A DNA stretch of 64,000 nt, taken from a virus. Its lineage: Duplodnaviria > Caudoviricetes. A program made the position numbers and the translations under genes. The stretch is taken from the IMG/VR virus record IMGVR_UViG_3300045391_004484, positions 6,554-70,553 of that record. One strand, written 5' to 3'. Position 1 is the first letter of the stretch. The number at the start of each line of letters is the position of its first letter. Shown piece after piece: positions 9,798-19,202 of this stretch. The notes beneath the pieces are model-generated. The model was not told the origin of the DNA. It saw nothing but the letters and a program-made list of their open reading frames with translations, and ran no database searches.

Positions 9798-9805
9798 GGC
9801 GGCTT
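9781..9805. terminator. Intrinsic terminator-like hairpin between convergent genes
   Basis: AACCGCCC-caaggtta-GGGCGGCTT. Confidence 0.55.
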
Positions 9806-9999
9806 GATTCAACAAGGTTGCTTATTAAGATAATTTAGACGATCCAAGCCGAAATAGTGCCATCCTCTCGCCTAATGGTGATCGGCTCTAGCTCATCGGA
9901 TTCGAGGCTGATGCCAACCTCTTGCAGCAGCCTCGAAGCTCTCTCATCGCCCTTGTGGGCAGCGTCGATCGCTACATCGACAAACCTGTCATACTCAGA

Positions 10000-10515
10000 T
10001 CATTGGGGCGGGCTTTTGATGTCTAGCGGCTTCAATTCTTCCTCAGCATCCCAAGATTCCGCGGGCAAGTTCCGATCGTGTTCTTCATTGTCTAAGCGCA
10101 TCAGCAGCCCCTTGACTGCATAGTAAATTGCCGCAAAAACAAGTTCCTCAGCTTTACTATTGGTTTCAATTTTGCCGTGCTTATCTTCATAAAGCCGCCA
10201 AGCCGTTGCCAGTATTGAGCTTGTCTCGTCATCCTCGCAAAACGATCTGTAGATGTCCTCGGCATATTGCTGAGGCGTGCAGTTTGGTTGATTTTTTTCT
10301 ACAGGTTCAAACTGCTGCTCTTGACAGTGCTGATGTTTGGCAGAGAACCCCAGTAAAACCAAGCCATAAATTTCGAGAGGCATCGGGAAAAGGGGCAACA
10401 GTGAGATAGTTTGATTGCATCGCTTGCAAAGCAGGGTTTGTATGTCCGGCATTACACACCACGGGGTAGACCTATCGATATGATTACTCATTGTTTTATT
10501 GCCTGATTTCATCAA
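10000..10515 (-). CDS. Hypothetical protein with Cys/His motifs
   Basis: 171-aa ORF, CKRC motif, end of the leftward operon. Confidence 0.55.
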   Translation of the reverse strand: MMKSGNKTMSNHIDRSTPWCVMPDIQTLLCKRCNQTISLLPLFPMPLEIYGLVLLGFSAKHQHCQEQQFEPVEKNQPNCTPQQYAEDIYRSFCEDDETSSILATAWRLYEDKHGKIETNSKAEELVFAAIYYAVKGLLMRLDNEEHDRNLPAESWDAEEELKPLDIKSPPQ

Positions 10516-10718
10516 TTACCATCAGCTAAAAACGACGCTAAACCGCCGCTGTAATGGCGATTGACGCCGATTAGTATCTCTTGATCCGATAGTTCAGAAA
10601 TATCGTTCTCATCCTCTAAATCTGTCCAACCGCCGAGGCAGTCTGAAACCCACGATCGAGCCTCTTGAATTTGTTTTTCAGAAACCTCGTACTCCCTACC
10701 TTTAATCTGAATGTTCAC
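10512..10718 (-). CDS. Hypothetical protein
   Basis: 68-aa ORF with ATGA overlaps on both sides. Confidence 0.6.
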   Translation of the reverse strand: MNIQIKGREYEVSEKQIQEARSWVSDCLGGWTDLEDENDISELSDQEILIGVNRHYSGGLASFLADGN

Positions 10719-12361
10719 TGCCCAAACTCCCGCTTTACCTCACGATCGACCTTCTCACGATCCCATCCCCAAGCCTGTGCCATGCTGAGCAAGTACTCTC
10801 GATAGAACGATCGCACCTCTGCACTATCTGACTCAAAAATAGAGCCAAGCCAGAATTTAGGATCGTCCAACTTAACCTTAATGCCCAATGATTCGCACCT
10901 TGCCATCGCTGCGAAGGGTTTCCACCGCTTGGCATAGGCAATTTTTCGCCATTGCCGGAAGTAGGCAATGGCTCCCGCTTTAGATGCCAGTGCTATCGAC
11001 TCATCGATAAACGAAACTAGCTGCCCATCAGGGCTAACAAGCCTTACCGAGGCTTGAGGCTGCTCTGTTTTGCAGTGAGGGCAAATAAGCAACGACGCCG
11101 CGATCGACTTATCACAGTGAATGCAAGACTTGACAGGGGCAGAACCCTCGCCCTTGGCTTTGTATTGCAATACTGACTCATCGATCGACTCTGAGAGCAA
11201 TTCTATTTTGGGGTGCAAACCGCTGCCATCCCCGGCAAAGTCCCAATTTCTGGCAAAGTCCCATACATGCCCGAATTGTTTGCCAGCGTAGGGACGAGAG
11301 ACTCTGCCAACGATTTGAACATAGCGATCTCTAGACTTGATTTGCCGAAATAGCAAGCAATGCTGAGTAACGGGGGAATCCCATCCCGTCGAGAGTGCCT
11401 GCACACAGAGCAGATTGCACTCACCCGATTCATAGGCTTGCATGTAGCGCTCATAGTCGCTCTGACTCACGCCATCCCCTACGATTTCAAATCTAATCCC
11501 TTTGGAGGATCCGATCGCTTGAATCGTCTTTGCCTGAGAACGTCCATTCTTGGCTGCTTTAGTAAATCCCACGGCATAGCGTGGGGCGATTCTTAGCTCT
11601 CTGCATTTACCGAGCCATCGATCGAGCATCGAGGAGATTGCAGCATCAGAATCTAGATCTAGTTTTTCATCCTTCTCTAGATCCTCGCGGATCACGCTGT
11701 GATATTGCAGCGGGGCGAGATATCCTCGTTCCTGCAATTGCAGGTAAGAGGGCGAATTCACTAGGGCAGTGTTTCTCTGCAAGTTTCCATGACGCTCGTC
11801 GATGCCCATGCCTCTGTTAAATGGCGTGGCGGTGAAATTCAAGATTAATTTCCAAGCCCATAGCTCATAAGCTTTCTCAGCCTCTTTGAAAAAGGCGGCT
11901 GAGTGCCCCTCATCAAGGATCACAACATCCGTATCTTGTAACCACTGGTGAAGCGCTGCCCCCTTTGCCTGCAAGGTCTGAAGGGTAACAATTTGAATGG
12001 GGGCATACTCATTTGACAGCTCGGGGAACGCGCCCGAAAACACCCCAAACTTACCCGACAAGCCCTGTTGTATCAACGCCCCGCACATCTGAGAGGGTTC
12101 GGATACCGACTTAGTGACCACACAATTAGAGGGTACTAAAATTGTCGTTTTTAACCTCTGTTGATAGGCTCGACGGGCAAATGCTGCCATCGTTGCAGTT
12201 TTGCCCGATCCTGTAGAGGCAGAAACTAAAATTCTTCGATGCCCTTCATTAATACGATCGTCTAGATCTGCCAGCATTGTTAACTGATAATCCCGCAACT
12301 GGATCGACGGTTGCGGGATGTATTCAGGGATGAGTAAAGGGCGGCTTAGTGGGTAGTTCAC
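10715..12361 (-). CDS. SF2 DEAD/DEAH-box helicase (RadD/YejH-like) with C-terminal Zn ribbon
   Basis: LRDYQ, ASTGSGKT, ILDEGH, ALSTGWDSP, YVQIVGRVSRP; CxxC..CxxC; GTG start at 12361 after a GGAGG RBS. Confidence 0.88.
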   Translation of the reverse strand: MNYPLSRPLLIPEYIPQPSIQLRDYQLTMLADLDDRINEGHRRILVSASTGSGKTATMAAFARRAYQQRLKTTILVPSNCVVTKSVSEPSQMCGALIQQGLSGKFGVFSGAFPELSNEYAPIQIVTLQTLQAKGAALHQWLQDTDVVILDEGHSAAFFKEAEKAYELWAWKLILNFTATPFNRGMGIDERHGNLQRNTALVNSPSYLQLQERGYLAPLQYHSVIREDLEKDEKLDLDSDAAISSMLDRWLGKCRELRIAPRYAVGFTKAAKNGRSQAKTIQAIGSSKGIRFEIVGDGVSQSDYERYMQAYESGECNLLCVQALSTGWDSPVTQHCLLFRQIKSRDRYVQIVGRVSRPYAGKQFGHVWDFARNWDFAGDGSGLHPKIELLSESIDESVLQYKAKGEGSAPVKSCIHCDKSIAASLLICPHCKTEQPQASVRLVSPDGQLVSFIDESIALASKAGAIAYFRQWRKIAYAKRWKPFAAMARCESLGIKVKLDDPKFWLGSIFESDSAEVRSFYREYLLSMAQAWGWDREKVDREVKREFGQ

Positions 12362-12365
12362 CGCC

Positions 12366-13040
12366 TTAGACCTCCTTAAATGCAACGTGAGCCGAACCAT
12401 CGTGAATCTCAATCCCGATCGCGCCCTCTGAGTTTTGCCAGTCCTCAATTAGGCTTTGTGGGATATCCTTACCATGCGACTTAAACCACGATTCAACTAG
12501 CTCGGCGGGGATGAATATCGAACCCGATGAAATCCTTTCTGGATCGTAGTTCAGCGAGGGATCTTCATCAGGGATCTGAATCTCAGGGGGTGCCGTTGAA
12601 ACCGCCACAGGTTGAAAGGACAGCACAGGATCGGGCTGTCTTGCGGCATAGTTGGGCGGGGCGTATCCGATGCGGGCGGCAACTTCAGGCTGTCTGTCGA
12701 TCGGGATATCTTGATAAAAATCCTCAACTTGCTGGATCTCGTATTTTGTTTGATGCAATACAGCATCGAGCTTGATCCGCTCAGTTTGCAGATTCTTGAG
12801 ATATTCGGTTGCACGATCGAGGCTCAATAGTTCCGACTCACGGCACCGCTCAGCGACCACCGACGCAGCAAATAGACCAAAGGCGGCGGGCAGTCGAATC
12901 GAGTTTGCAATATTCTTTGGTTGGGTGAAAGAGACTACAACAAGGGCAGTGCCGCCAAGCCCTAGAAACGTTGAAATAATATCCCAACCGTTGACCTTTT
13001 TCGCCTTAGCCTCGGCGTGCTTTTGAAGTTTCTCGCCCAT
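12366..13040 (-). CDS. Two-TM membrane protein with coiled coil
   Basis: Two N-terminal hydrophobic helices. Confidence 0.6.
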   Translation of the reverse strand: MGEKLQKHAEAKAKKVNGWDIISTFLGLGGTALVVVSFTQPKNIANSIRLPAAFGLFAASVVAERCRESELLSLDRATEYLKNLQTERIKLDAVLHQTKYEIQQVEDFYQDIPIDRQPEVAARIGYAPPNYAARQPDPVLSFQPVAVSTAPPEIQIPDEDPSLNYDPERISSGSIFIPAELVESWFKSHGKDIPQSLIEDWQNSEGAIGIEIHDGSAHVAFKEV

Positions 13041-13558
13041 CAGAAGCCACCGATTTGAAATGTAATCCCATTATTGGATTGGTTGCGGGGCGGAGGATTG
13101 GACGGCGCTAACACTAGGGACATCACCAGCGATCCTACGATCGCGCTGCCAATTCCCCAAACGATCGCCTGATTGCGAGGCTCGCTACTTGCGCTTTTAA
13201 TCTGTCGATTCTCCTCTCTCAGAAACCGGATCTCTTGTTCAAGTTGAGCGAAGCGAGCTTCAATCACACCCGATTGATTAGCAATTAACTGGTGATATTG
13301 TTGGGCGGCATAGGCTGCCTGCTGTGAGTGTTTGGCGTGATCCTCAGCCCGCCAAGTCTGCCCTAATTGATGCACTTGTCTCTGTTGATGCATAGCTACC
13401 CTTTGATGATGTGGTAGATAACGAAAAGGATGGCGATTGGGACGACGATCATTGTCACGGTAGGCAGTCCGATGAAGTGGATCACTGCTACCGTGATCGC
13501 TACCCCAATCATTAACTCGAAAAATCCGCTGTTCATACGATCGCGCCCAAGAACGCAA
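13040..13558 (-). CDS. His/Gln-rich coiled-coil protein with C-terminal TM
   Basis: Low-complexity H/Q stretch, coiled coil, AIVWGIGSAIVGSLVMSLVLA. Confidence 0.6.
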   Translation of the reverse strand: MRSWARSYEQRIFRVNDWGSDHGSSDPLHRTAYRDNDRRPNRHPFRYLPHHQRVAMHQQRQVHQLGQTWRAEDHAKHSQQAAYAAQQYHQLIANQSGVIEARFAQLEQEIRFLREENRQIKSASSEPRNQAIVWGIGSAIVGSLVMSLVLAPSNPPPRNQSNNGITFQIGGF

Positions 13559-13874
13559 ATAGAATAATTCCTGACAAGAACGCGAGAAAGAATAGGATGA
13601 AGCGGTCTAAGGTTTGATTTTTGGGTCGATCAAAATCCCAAGAATCAGCCTCTTGCTGTGGCTGTTGCCTTGCTAGAAGGTAGGATGTAACGGCAGACGC
13701 TAGACATAGACAGACAGCGATCAATAAGGGGAACTTGCCGAGCATCCCCCTAGAGCCGAAATACCCGACACACATCAAGCCCGTCACAACCAAACCCGAC
13801 TCGTTCCACCATTCAAGAGCGCCCCTTAATTGCCTCATAGAATCAAGCGGGGCAGACGCCCCGCCGCTAAACAT
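13533..13874 (-). CDS. Multi-TM small membrane protein
   Basis: Three hydrophobic segments in 113 aa. Confidence 0.6.
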   Translation of the reverse strand: MFSGGASAPLDSMRQLRGALEWWNESGLVVTGLMCVGYFGSRGMLGKFPLLIAVCLCLASAVTSYLLARQQPQQEADSWDFDRPKNQTLDRFILFFLAFLSGIILFAFLGAIV

Positions 13875-14335
13875 TAAACCGAAAAACCGTAACTAGCTTG
13901 GTGGTAATTCACCTCGGCGTGAGCCTGTTGGTGTGAATGCCCGATCGCGGCTTGGGTTTTAGCGTCCACAACGGCGATATGCTGCCCCACATCAGACGCT
14001 TTCTTGGTGATTTTCGCTCTTAGATCAGCCGCTTTCTTAGCATCGTCTAATGCTGCCATGATGGGTTGTTCTAAAGCCTTCAACTGTTGGTAGCGTTGAG
14101 TCACACCGCCCGCACTGGTAGCTAGAGCGTTGGTTGTCTTCTGTGGCAGTTCGCCCGCCTTAGCGACGGCATTCGTCATCTGAGAGATGATCTGGACATC
14201 TTTACGCCCGGATTCTTGCAAAGCTCGCATCGCGCCCGCTGAAGTTGCAAGAGCGATCGAACTGTTTTGAGTCGCGATGTTAGCGGGTGCATGTTGTGTG
14301 CTGATTGCATTCTTGACTGCTTTGATTAATCCCAT
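13874..14335 (-). CDS. Ala/Gln-rich helical protein
   Basis: GGAGG RBS upstream; 153 aa. Confidence 0.6.
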   Translation of the reverse strand: MGLIKAVKNAISTQHAPANIATQNSSIALATSAGAMRALQESGRKDVQIISQMTNAVAKAGELPQKTTNALATSAGGVTQRYQQLKALEQPIMAALDDAKKAADLRAKITKKASDVGQHIAVVDAKTQAAIGHSHQQAHAEVNYHQASYGFSV

Positions 14336-14431
14336 AAAATGAACCTCCGATAGTGAGTATTAGGACAATGAACGTTGAAAATAGAGCGATCGATAGTGGG
14401 ACGTTTCGAGTTGCTCGGACGTATAGAAGCG

Positions 14432-14812
14432 CTAAGGCGTAAGTACTTCGGCGTCTAAAACTTCCACATAAGGCTTGAGCACTCGGCTTGTATCGCCCCA
14501 CTCCTCGATAAAAAAACTGACGATCGCCTCTGCCTGCTGCAACTCATTGGAAACCATGCGAGGGGCAAGCTTGCTTGCCAGTTGCTCAATTTGCGGATCT
14601 AGCTGATCGTCAGCCATTCGTCGCGCCCGGTTTAGAACCTTAGCGACGGTTTTATCTGCCCCCGTTGCAATCTGGGCGGCGGCGTCGAATTTCTGCTTTT
14701 CAGCTTCTTTCACGCCTTGAGGTTGGGGGTTGGGAGTGCCGAGTTTGTTAGCCTCGATCGGGGTAATCTTGCCGCCCTGAATCTGAGGCTTTTGATCAAA
14801 GTTGGATGGCAT
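14432..14812 (-). CDS. Hypothetical helical protein
   Basis: 126-aa ORF in the operon. Confidence 0.55.
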   Translation of the reverse strand: MPSNFDQKPQIQGGKITPIEANKLGTPNPQPQGVKEAEKQKFDAAAQIATGADKTVAKVLNRARRMADDQLDPQIEQLASKLAPRMVSNELQQAEAIVSFFIEEWGDTSRVLKPYVEVLDAEVLTP

Positions 14813-15125
14813 TAAAATCTATCTCCTGTGCCTGTGTGTAAAGATGTCTACCTTGCTTGCTTCTGTACTCTCGATAGGATGAGTACTTGTGACGGTTTTT
14901 AATCCACCCGATGATTAGGATTGCATCGGGTGGGGTGTAGTACCCGTTATCAGACTTTTCAATCTGTAGCCCGGTAAGTATGCGGCGAAATGCTCGCTCA
15001 CACATTGACTTTTGCACCGATCTAACGACTAGATGATGCAACTCGGGCAGTGTGTAATCGTGCTCTCCTTTACGATCGTCAGCAGCAGCCGACAGAAATT
15101 TCACGATGTCATTCGCCGCATTCAT
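14796..15125 (-). CDS. Putative MerR-like/winged HTH DNA-binding protein
   Basis: YTLPELHHLV...RAFRRIL..LQI...GYYT..D pattern. Confidence 0.45.
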   Translation of the reverse strand: MNAANDIVKFLSAAADDRKGEHDYTLPELHHLVVRSVQKSMCERAFRRILTGLQIEKSDNGYYTPPDAILIIGWIKNRHKYSSYREYRSKQGRHLYTQAQEIDFNAIQL

Positions 15126-15883
15126 TAGCTACCTCTCAACGCTTTAGGCGGGGCTTCTCCAAACAACTCGGCAAAATCTTTACCGACTAACGCACTACCT
15201 CGATCTTTCTCAAGAAAGGTGTCGGCAGACTCTAAGAACCGAACATCAGTAGATAAAAACGGCTCGGCGTTAAACGGTTGACTTTTGTGATTTTGCAACC
15301 AAACTTTAGGATCTAAGTAATGGGGCTGATTCTTGATCGCTGACAAGATGTAATCAAACAAGTCACCCTCAAAAAAGAACCATTCGCCTACGCCCGTATG
15401 GTATTGAGCAAAAAAGCGATGCAGTGTACTTTCTTCCGTTCTACCGCCCTTCATCCAGCCCAACATTTTAAGTCGGTGTGGATTGCCCGTTTGCAGCGAG
15501 CCGATTCGCGCCTTCAGATTGGATGTATAGCCAATCTTGACGGCATTAACTTGGGAGCAAAGGACGAAATAAACAAACACGCCTTTTTCGATATCTTTGC
15601 CCCAATCGTAGGGATTAGACACCCGTTTATAAGCGTCGGGGTGCGAGGAATTCTCCTCAGCCAGTTCTCTAGCTCTCTGCTCAACCAACTCGTCTAAACA
15701 AAAGTCAGTAGCAAGCCACTTGAGATCGGATACCAGCAAATCAATATCCTGAATCTTGCCCCTTAACTTCTTCAGCTTCTCCTCTGCTGTTGAGGTTTTA
15801 GAGGCTGATTTTGATTTCGGGCTTGATCGCGGCTTATTGGTGATGAGTGGCGGATCTCGTCTTGGGTCGTCTTTATATCTCAT
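15125..15883 (-). CDS. GIY-YIG nuclease-family protein (T5orf172/MUG113-like)
   Basis: VYFV...VKIGYT..LKARIGSLQTGNP...E..LH..F......GEWF. Confidence 0.85.
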   Translation of the reverse strand: MRYKDDPRRDPPLITNKPRSSPKSKSASKTSTAEEKLKKLRGKIQDIDLLVSDLKWLATDFCLDELVEQRARELAEENSSHPDAYKRVSNPYDWGKDIEKGVFVYFVLCSQVNAVKIGYTSNLKARIGSLQTGNPHRLKMLGWMKGGRTEESTLHRFFAQYHTGVGEWFFFEGDLFDYILSAIKNQPHYLDPKVWLQNHKSQPFNAEPFLSTDVRFLESADTFLEKDRGSALVGKDFAELFGEAPPKALRGS

Positions 15884-15970
15884 GTTGAGATCTTAATTAG
15901 CAACTTGCAGCTAATAATAGCACCCTGAAGCACCTATACAACCGTGGTGAGCAGGTATTTTTTGTGTCTC

Positions 15971-16020
15971 GTGGTCAAAGCCCGTTAATTCACGTCAATT
16001 TCTGTCAATGCTCGTCAATG
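15971..16020. repeat. Five GTCAAT-like hexamers phased exactly 10 bp apart
   Basis: GTCAAA 15974, GTTAAT 15984, GTCAAT 15994, 16004, 16014, in a divergent promoter region. Confidence 0.75.
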
Positions 16021-16178
16021 CATATCATGGCAGCGTATTGAATACCCTTCCCCATCATCACATCGCATTGCTTGCCGCCCTGAGATTTTCGAGAAAAATT
16101 GCGAAAAAGTTGCTACGTGTTGCTTTCAGCGCCTTGAATGGCTAAAATTTGGGCAACTGTTGCAGAGGATCGATCGTT

Positions 16179-16529
16179 GTGCCCAAGAAGCAGATCCGAG
16201 TGTATTTAACAATCAAGGATGAAACGAAATCATTATTAGAGCGGTGGGCATCTCAACAGGGGCGACCCATTGTAAATTTGGCAAGTTGGATTGTCGAAAA
16301 AGAAGTTGCCAGGGCACAGGCAGCAGGTGAGATCGAATCTGAAGCCCGGGCGATCTCTGCCGAAGTCGTGGCGGCGATGAAAACATACATTGAAGCGCTT
16401 TCTACAAACGGATGTATTGATATTTTGGATTTGCAACGATTAGCCGATGAGTTAAACATCCCGTCTGAGCAGTTGGCGCAAAACCTGAAAGACTTGAAAA
16501 GGAAAAGGGATAAAAATGGCGCTCGTTAG
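16179..16529 (+). CDS. Ribbon-helix-helix (CopG-like) regulator with helical extension
   Basis: KKQIRVYLTIKDETKSLLERWASQQGRPIVNLASWIVE; GTG start assumed (track start 16149). Confidence 0.75.
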   Translation: MPKKQIRVYLTIKDETKSLLERWASQQGRPIVNLASWIVEKEVARAQAAGEIESEARAISAEVVAAMKTYIEALSTNGCIDILDLQRLADELNIPSEQLAQNLKDLKRKRDKNGAR

Positions 16530-17133
16530 ATCGGTTCCTGTAAATGGCGAAATGGTATTCGAGTTTAAGACCGAAGCGGAGGCGCGAGGAACTTTCGCAT
16601 GTGATGCCAAATCTGCACTTAAAGCCCTTGAGCGTTGGAACTGCGATCGAGCGGTGGTGCGAATTGCAGGGCAGCCAGAATTGACCATCCCGATCGCTAC
16701 ACTTCGGTTGATGGCTGAGGCAACGCCGATCGTGCAGTTGTTTTTTGCCGATACCTCTCTGCCTACCTCGGTCTTGAAAGTCGCCACAATCAAGGCTGAA
16801 GAATCGAGCCGATGGGGGATTGTGAGGATGAGCGATGAGAGGCAGATCGTTATGTCGTCGGGAATGTCGGGCATATTGCTCTCGGGCGTTTCAATCGATC
16901 AAACAACCCAATGGAAACGCCCCGAATTCTGGAACTTAGAACACTTAAACGAGTTTAATCAAACATGGCAGCACGAGCTTAGGGAAGATAGCAGCAATGC
17001 AATTGAGTATCGATACCAGATTAGAAAGCCAAACACACGAGATCCTTGGGAATGGTATCGATCAAGCTATCGATTGATGAGGGGTGAGGATGGTTTGCTC
17101 TATCAAATCTGCACTTTTTTAGATAAAGGCTAA
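16516..17133 (+). CDS. PAS-fold domain protein
   Basis: C-terminal ~105 aa follow PAS strand/helix order, ending EYRYQIR..WEWYRSSYRL..GLLYQICTF. Confidence 0.55.
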   Translation: MALVRSVPVNGEMVFEFKTEAEARGTFACDAKSALKALERWNCDRAVVRIAGQPELTIPIATLRLMAEATPIVQLFFADTSLPTSVLKVATIKAEESSRWGIVRMSDERQIVMSSGMSGILLSGVSIDQTTQWKRPEFWNLEHLNEFNQTWQHELREDSSNAIEYRYQIRKPNTRDPWEWYRSSYRLMRGEDGLLYQICTFLDKG

Positions 17134-17161
17134 AAAAGCCCGATCGACGATTGATCGGGCT
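17132..17161 (-). terminator. Intrinsic terminator
   Basis: AGCCCGATC/GATCGGGCT stem with U-tract on the minus strand. Confidence 0.65.
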
Positions 17162-17170
17162 AACAAAACT

Positions 17171-17362
17171 CTATTTATCACCTAGCAAACTCGTCTGCCG
17201 TGGCAACTGAGATTCTAGATTTTCAATGATAAATTTCATCGCTGCAATGCGGTGGGCGGCTTGCTCTCGACTCAATCGACCTAAAAGAATCCAGTCATCG
17301 TAAACCCTTTCACGTACAGATAGCTCTCGTTTTGCCTCTTTCAGCGCGGCTTCTAAATCCAT
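17171..17362 (-). CDS. Conserved phage hypothetical protein
   Basis: ALKEAKRELSVRERVY..W...GRLS..QA..RIAAM pattern common in phages. Confidence 0.65.
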   Translation of the reverse strand: MDLEAALKEAKRELSVRERVYDDWILLGRLSREQAAHRIAAMKFIIENLESQLPRQTSLLGDK

Positions 17363-17372
17363 CGCAATACCT

Positions 17373-17930
17373 CTAGCTTTTTACTTCTGATGTCTGCCGC
17401 AGGGCTTTGCCCGCCGCCACGATCGCTTCGAGTTTGGCAAGATCGAAGGCTCTCAGCCCCGATTGCAAATGATTAAACTCCTCCCACTTCTCCTTTGCGT
17501 ATTTGGTCGAGGCATCAAATTTGCAGATCTGGCAAAACTCGCGATAGTCCACGAGCCACCCAAAAGCGGCAATGTTGGCGGCGAATTCAGCGATCGGATC
17601 TTCGGCAGGCACTTCAACATCAACGGTGATGAAAACTTGAGGTAGAGCGGGTGCGGGCGGGATTACTGCCAGCCGATCGCCACTAACACACGCGCCTACA
17701 ACATCATCGAAACTCTCAGCGATCCGATCTCCCACTTTCACCAAATAGACAGAATAAACCCAAGGTTGATCCGATTCATCGGGGGCATCCATACCCATTA
17801 CAATGCCGATCTTGTCTTCATCCGTCAGGGTGACAACGCTGCCGATCTCAATCCTTGGGACAAGCTGACTGAGATGATTTTTAACATTATCGATCGCGTT
17901 CGCTAATTCTTCATTCTGCATCGTATTCAC
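17373..17930 (-). CDS. Hypothetical protein (KOW/SH3-like segment)
   Basis: 185-aa ORF, IEIGSVVTL..GIVMG. Confidence 0.55.
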   Translation of the reverse strand: MNTMQNEELANAIDNVKNHLSQLVPRIEIGSVVTLTDEDKIGIVMGMDAPDESDQPWVYSVYLVKVGDRIAESFDDVVGACVSGDRLAVIPPAPALPQVFITVDVEVPAEDPIAEFAANIAAFGWLVDYREFCQICKFDASTKYAKEKWEEFNHLQSGLRAFDLAKLEAIVAAGKALRQTSEVKS

Positions 17931-18126
17931 TCTCTACATTTTCAGAAAAATCGCTTTGCCACAAGATAACCTCTTGAATCTGCTCTGACAGATGAGCAGC
18001 TAACGGATCGTGTTTGCCAATTTTAATTAAGGCGTCACTTACCTTATTTAGAAGGGGGATCGAACCCTCTTGATAGATTGCGGCTTCGATATCCTCGACG
18101 GATAATACCTGCTGAGCGGTTTGCAT
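17911..18126 (-). CDS. Hypothetical protein
   Basis: 71-aa ORF in the operon. Confidence 0.5.
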   Translation of the reverse strand: MQTAQQVLSVEDIEAAIYQEGSIPLLNKVSDALIKIGKHDPLAAHLSEQIQEVILWQSDFSENVESEYDAE

Positions 18127-18183
18127 AGGAACCTCGAAAAATGGTTAGAACGGGAGGTAGGAAACACACGACTGAGAAAACTT

Positions 18184-18477
18184 TTATCGACCGCTCGCGC
18201 CAACAGCGCCCGCCGATTGGTTGATCGGTTGTGCAGGTGTCCATAGTGCCGGGTGAGCCTTGACTTCAACAATCTCGCTAAACATGCAACGCGCTCCTGT
18301 CTTGGTCTTAATCGCGTCGGTTAATATCCAATTCTTGTTCTTGCGGGCGATCACGCCGCAAGTCTCAACGGAATCAACATCAATGTTGTGACTCACAACC
18401 GTAGATCTAGCCTGAACAATGCTTGAAGAAAGAATGGCAGCGGAAACAAAAGCAACGGGGAAAATTTGGCGTAACAT
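18184..18477 (-). CDS. Small exported protein (signal peptide)
   Basis: MLRQIFPVAFVSAAILSSSIVQA signal-like N-terminus; AAGGAG RBS. Confidence 0.6.
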   Translation of the reverse strand: MLRQIFPVAFVSAAILSSSIVQARSTVVSHNIDVDSVETCGVIARKNKNWILTDAIKTKTGARCMFSEIVEVKAHPALWTPAQPINQSAGAVGASGR

Positions 18478-18577
18478 TGGGTAATCTCCTTATTTCGTGT
18501 CTCTTTGCGGTTTAGGGGTAGGGCGGCTGATTGTAAAAGCCAAAATCGCACAGCCGCCCGCTAGAATTTGAATCTAT

Positions 18578-18802
18578 TTAGAATCGAGCTTTTGAGCCTC
18601 GTTTGTAGCCCTGCTGATAGAAGGGTGAGGCTGAGAGAGAGCCGAGCATCCCGCGATTATTGAACCCGTGATTAAAGCCCGTTTCTTCGATTTCGTTGGG
18701 CGTGAGGGCTTGGGCGCGTTGATAGGCTCTATTTTTGGTTGGATCGGGTGAGCCAAATAAATCTGTGTGGCTAGTGCCACGATCGAGAGATTGTGTCATC
18801 AT
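18578..18802 (-). CDS. Hypothetical protein
   Basis: 74-aa ORF divergent from the XRE gene. Confidence 0.5.
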   Translation of the reverse strand: MMTQSLDRGTSHTDLFGSPDPTKNRAYQRAQALTPNEIEETGFNHGFNNRGMLGSLSASPFYQQGYKRGSKARF

Positions 18803-18881
18803 AGATTTCAGAAAAACTGAGGTTTTCGTAGAGAGAGCGGTTAACTTTGGAAGAGCGTGCCGCTTTTTCTATGTCCTAAGT

Positions 18882-18932
18882 TTGTCATTTTTTTGACAAG
18901 TCTGTCAAGCGGTTTTTGTCATTTTTTGACTA
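18882..18932. promoter_or_regulatory. Two TTGTCA-N5/6-TGAC(A/T)A operator-like palindromes
   Basis: 18882-18899 and 18916-18932, upstream of the XRE gene in a divergent region. Confidence 0.65.
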
Positions 18933-18971
18933 CTTTTGATAGGATGGGGCTATCACCTTGAGGATTTGGGA

Positions 18972-19202
18972 ATGCCCCTACAGAACAAAATTATGGCGCT
19001 GCTGAAGGAGCGAAGAGTCAGCCCGCATAGGTTTCAAATGGAAATTGGTATTGCTCATCGCACTGCATACGACCTCTGCAATGACCCCGATCGCATCCCA
19101 TCAGGCAAGGTTCTAGAGAAGATTTGCGATTATTACGGTGTTACCCCGGCTGATGTTTTAGAAAAGGTAGAAGCTACTCAAGAGGTTGTAAATCAATCTT
19201 GA
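18972..19202 (+). CDS. XRE/Cro-C1 HTH repressor
   Basis: IMALLKERRVSPHRFQMEIGIAHRTAYDL...LEKICDYYGVTPADVL. Confidence 0.85.
   Translation: MPLQNKIMALLKERRVSPHRFQMEIGIAHRTAYDLCNDPDRIPSGKVLEKICDYYGVTPADVLEKVEATQEVVNQS

Noticed and set aside
14280-14501. Hydrophobic minus-strand ORF bridging two operon genes
   Set aside because: It overlaps both neighbours, and the gap holds the GGAGG RBS of the 14335 gene; probably spurious
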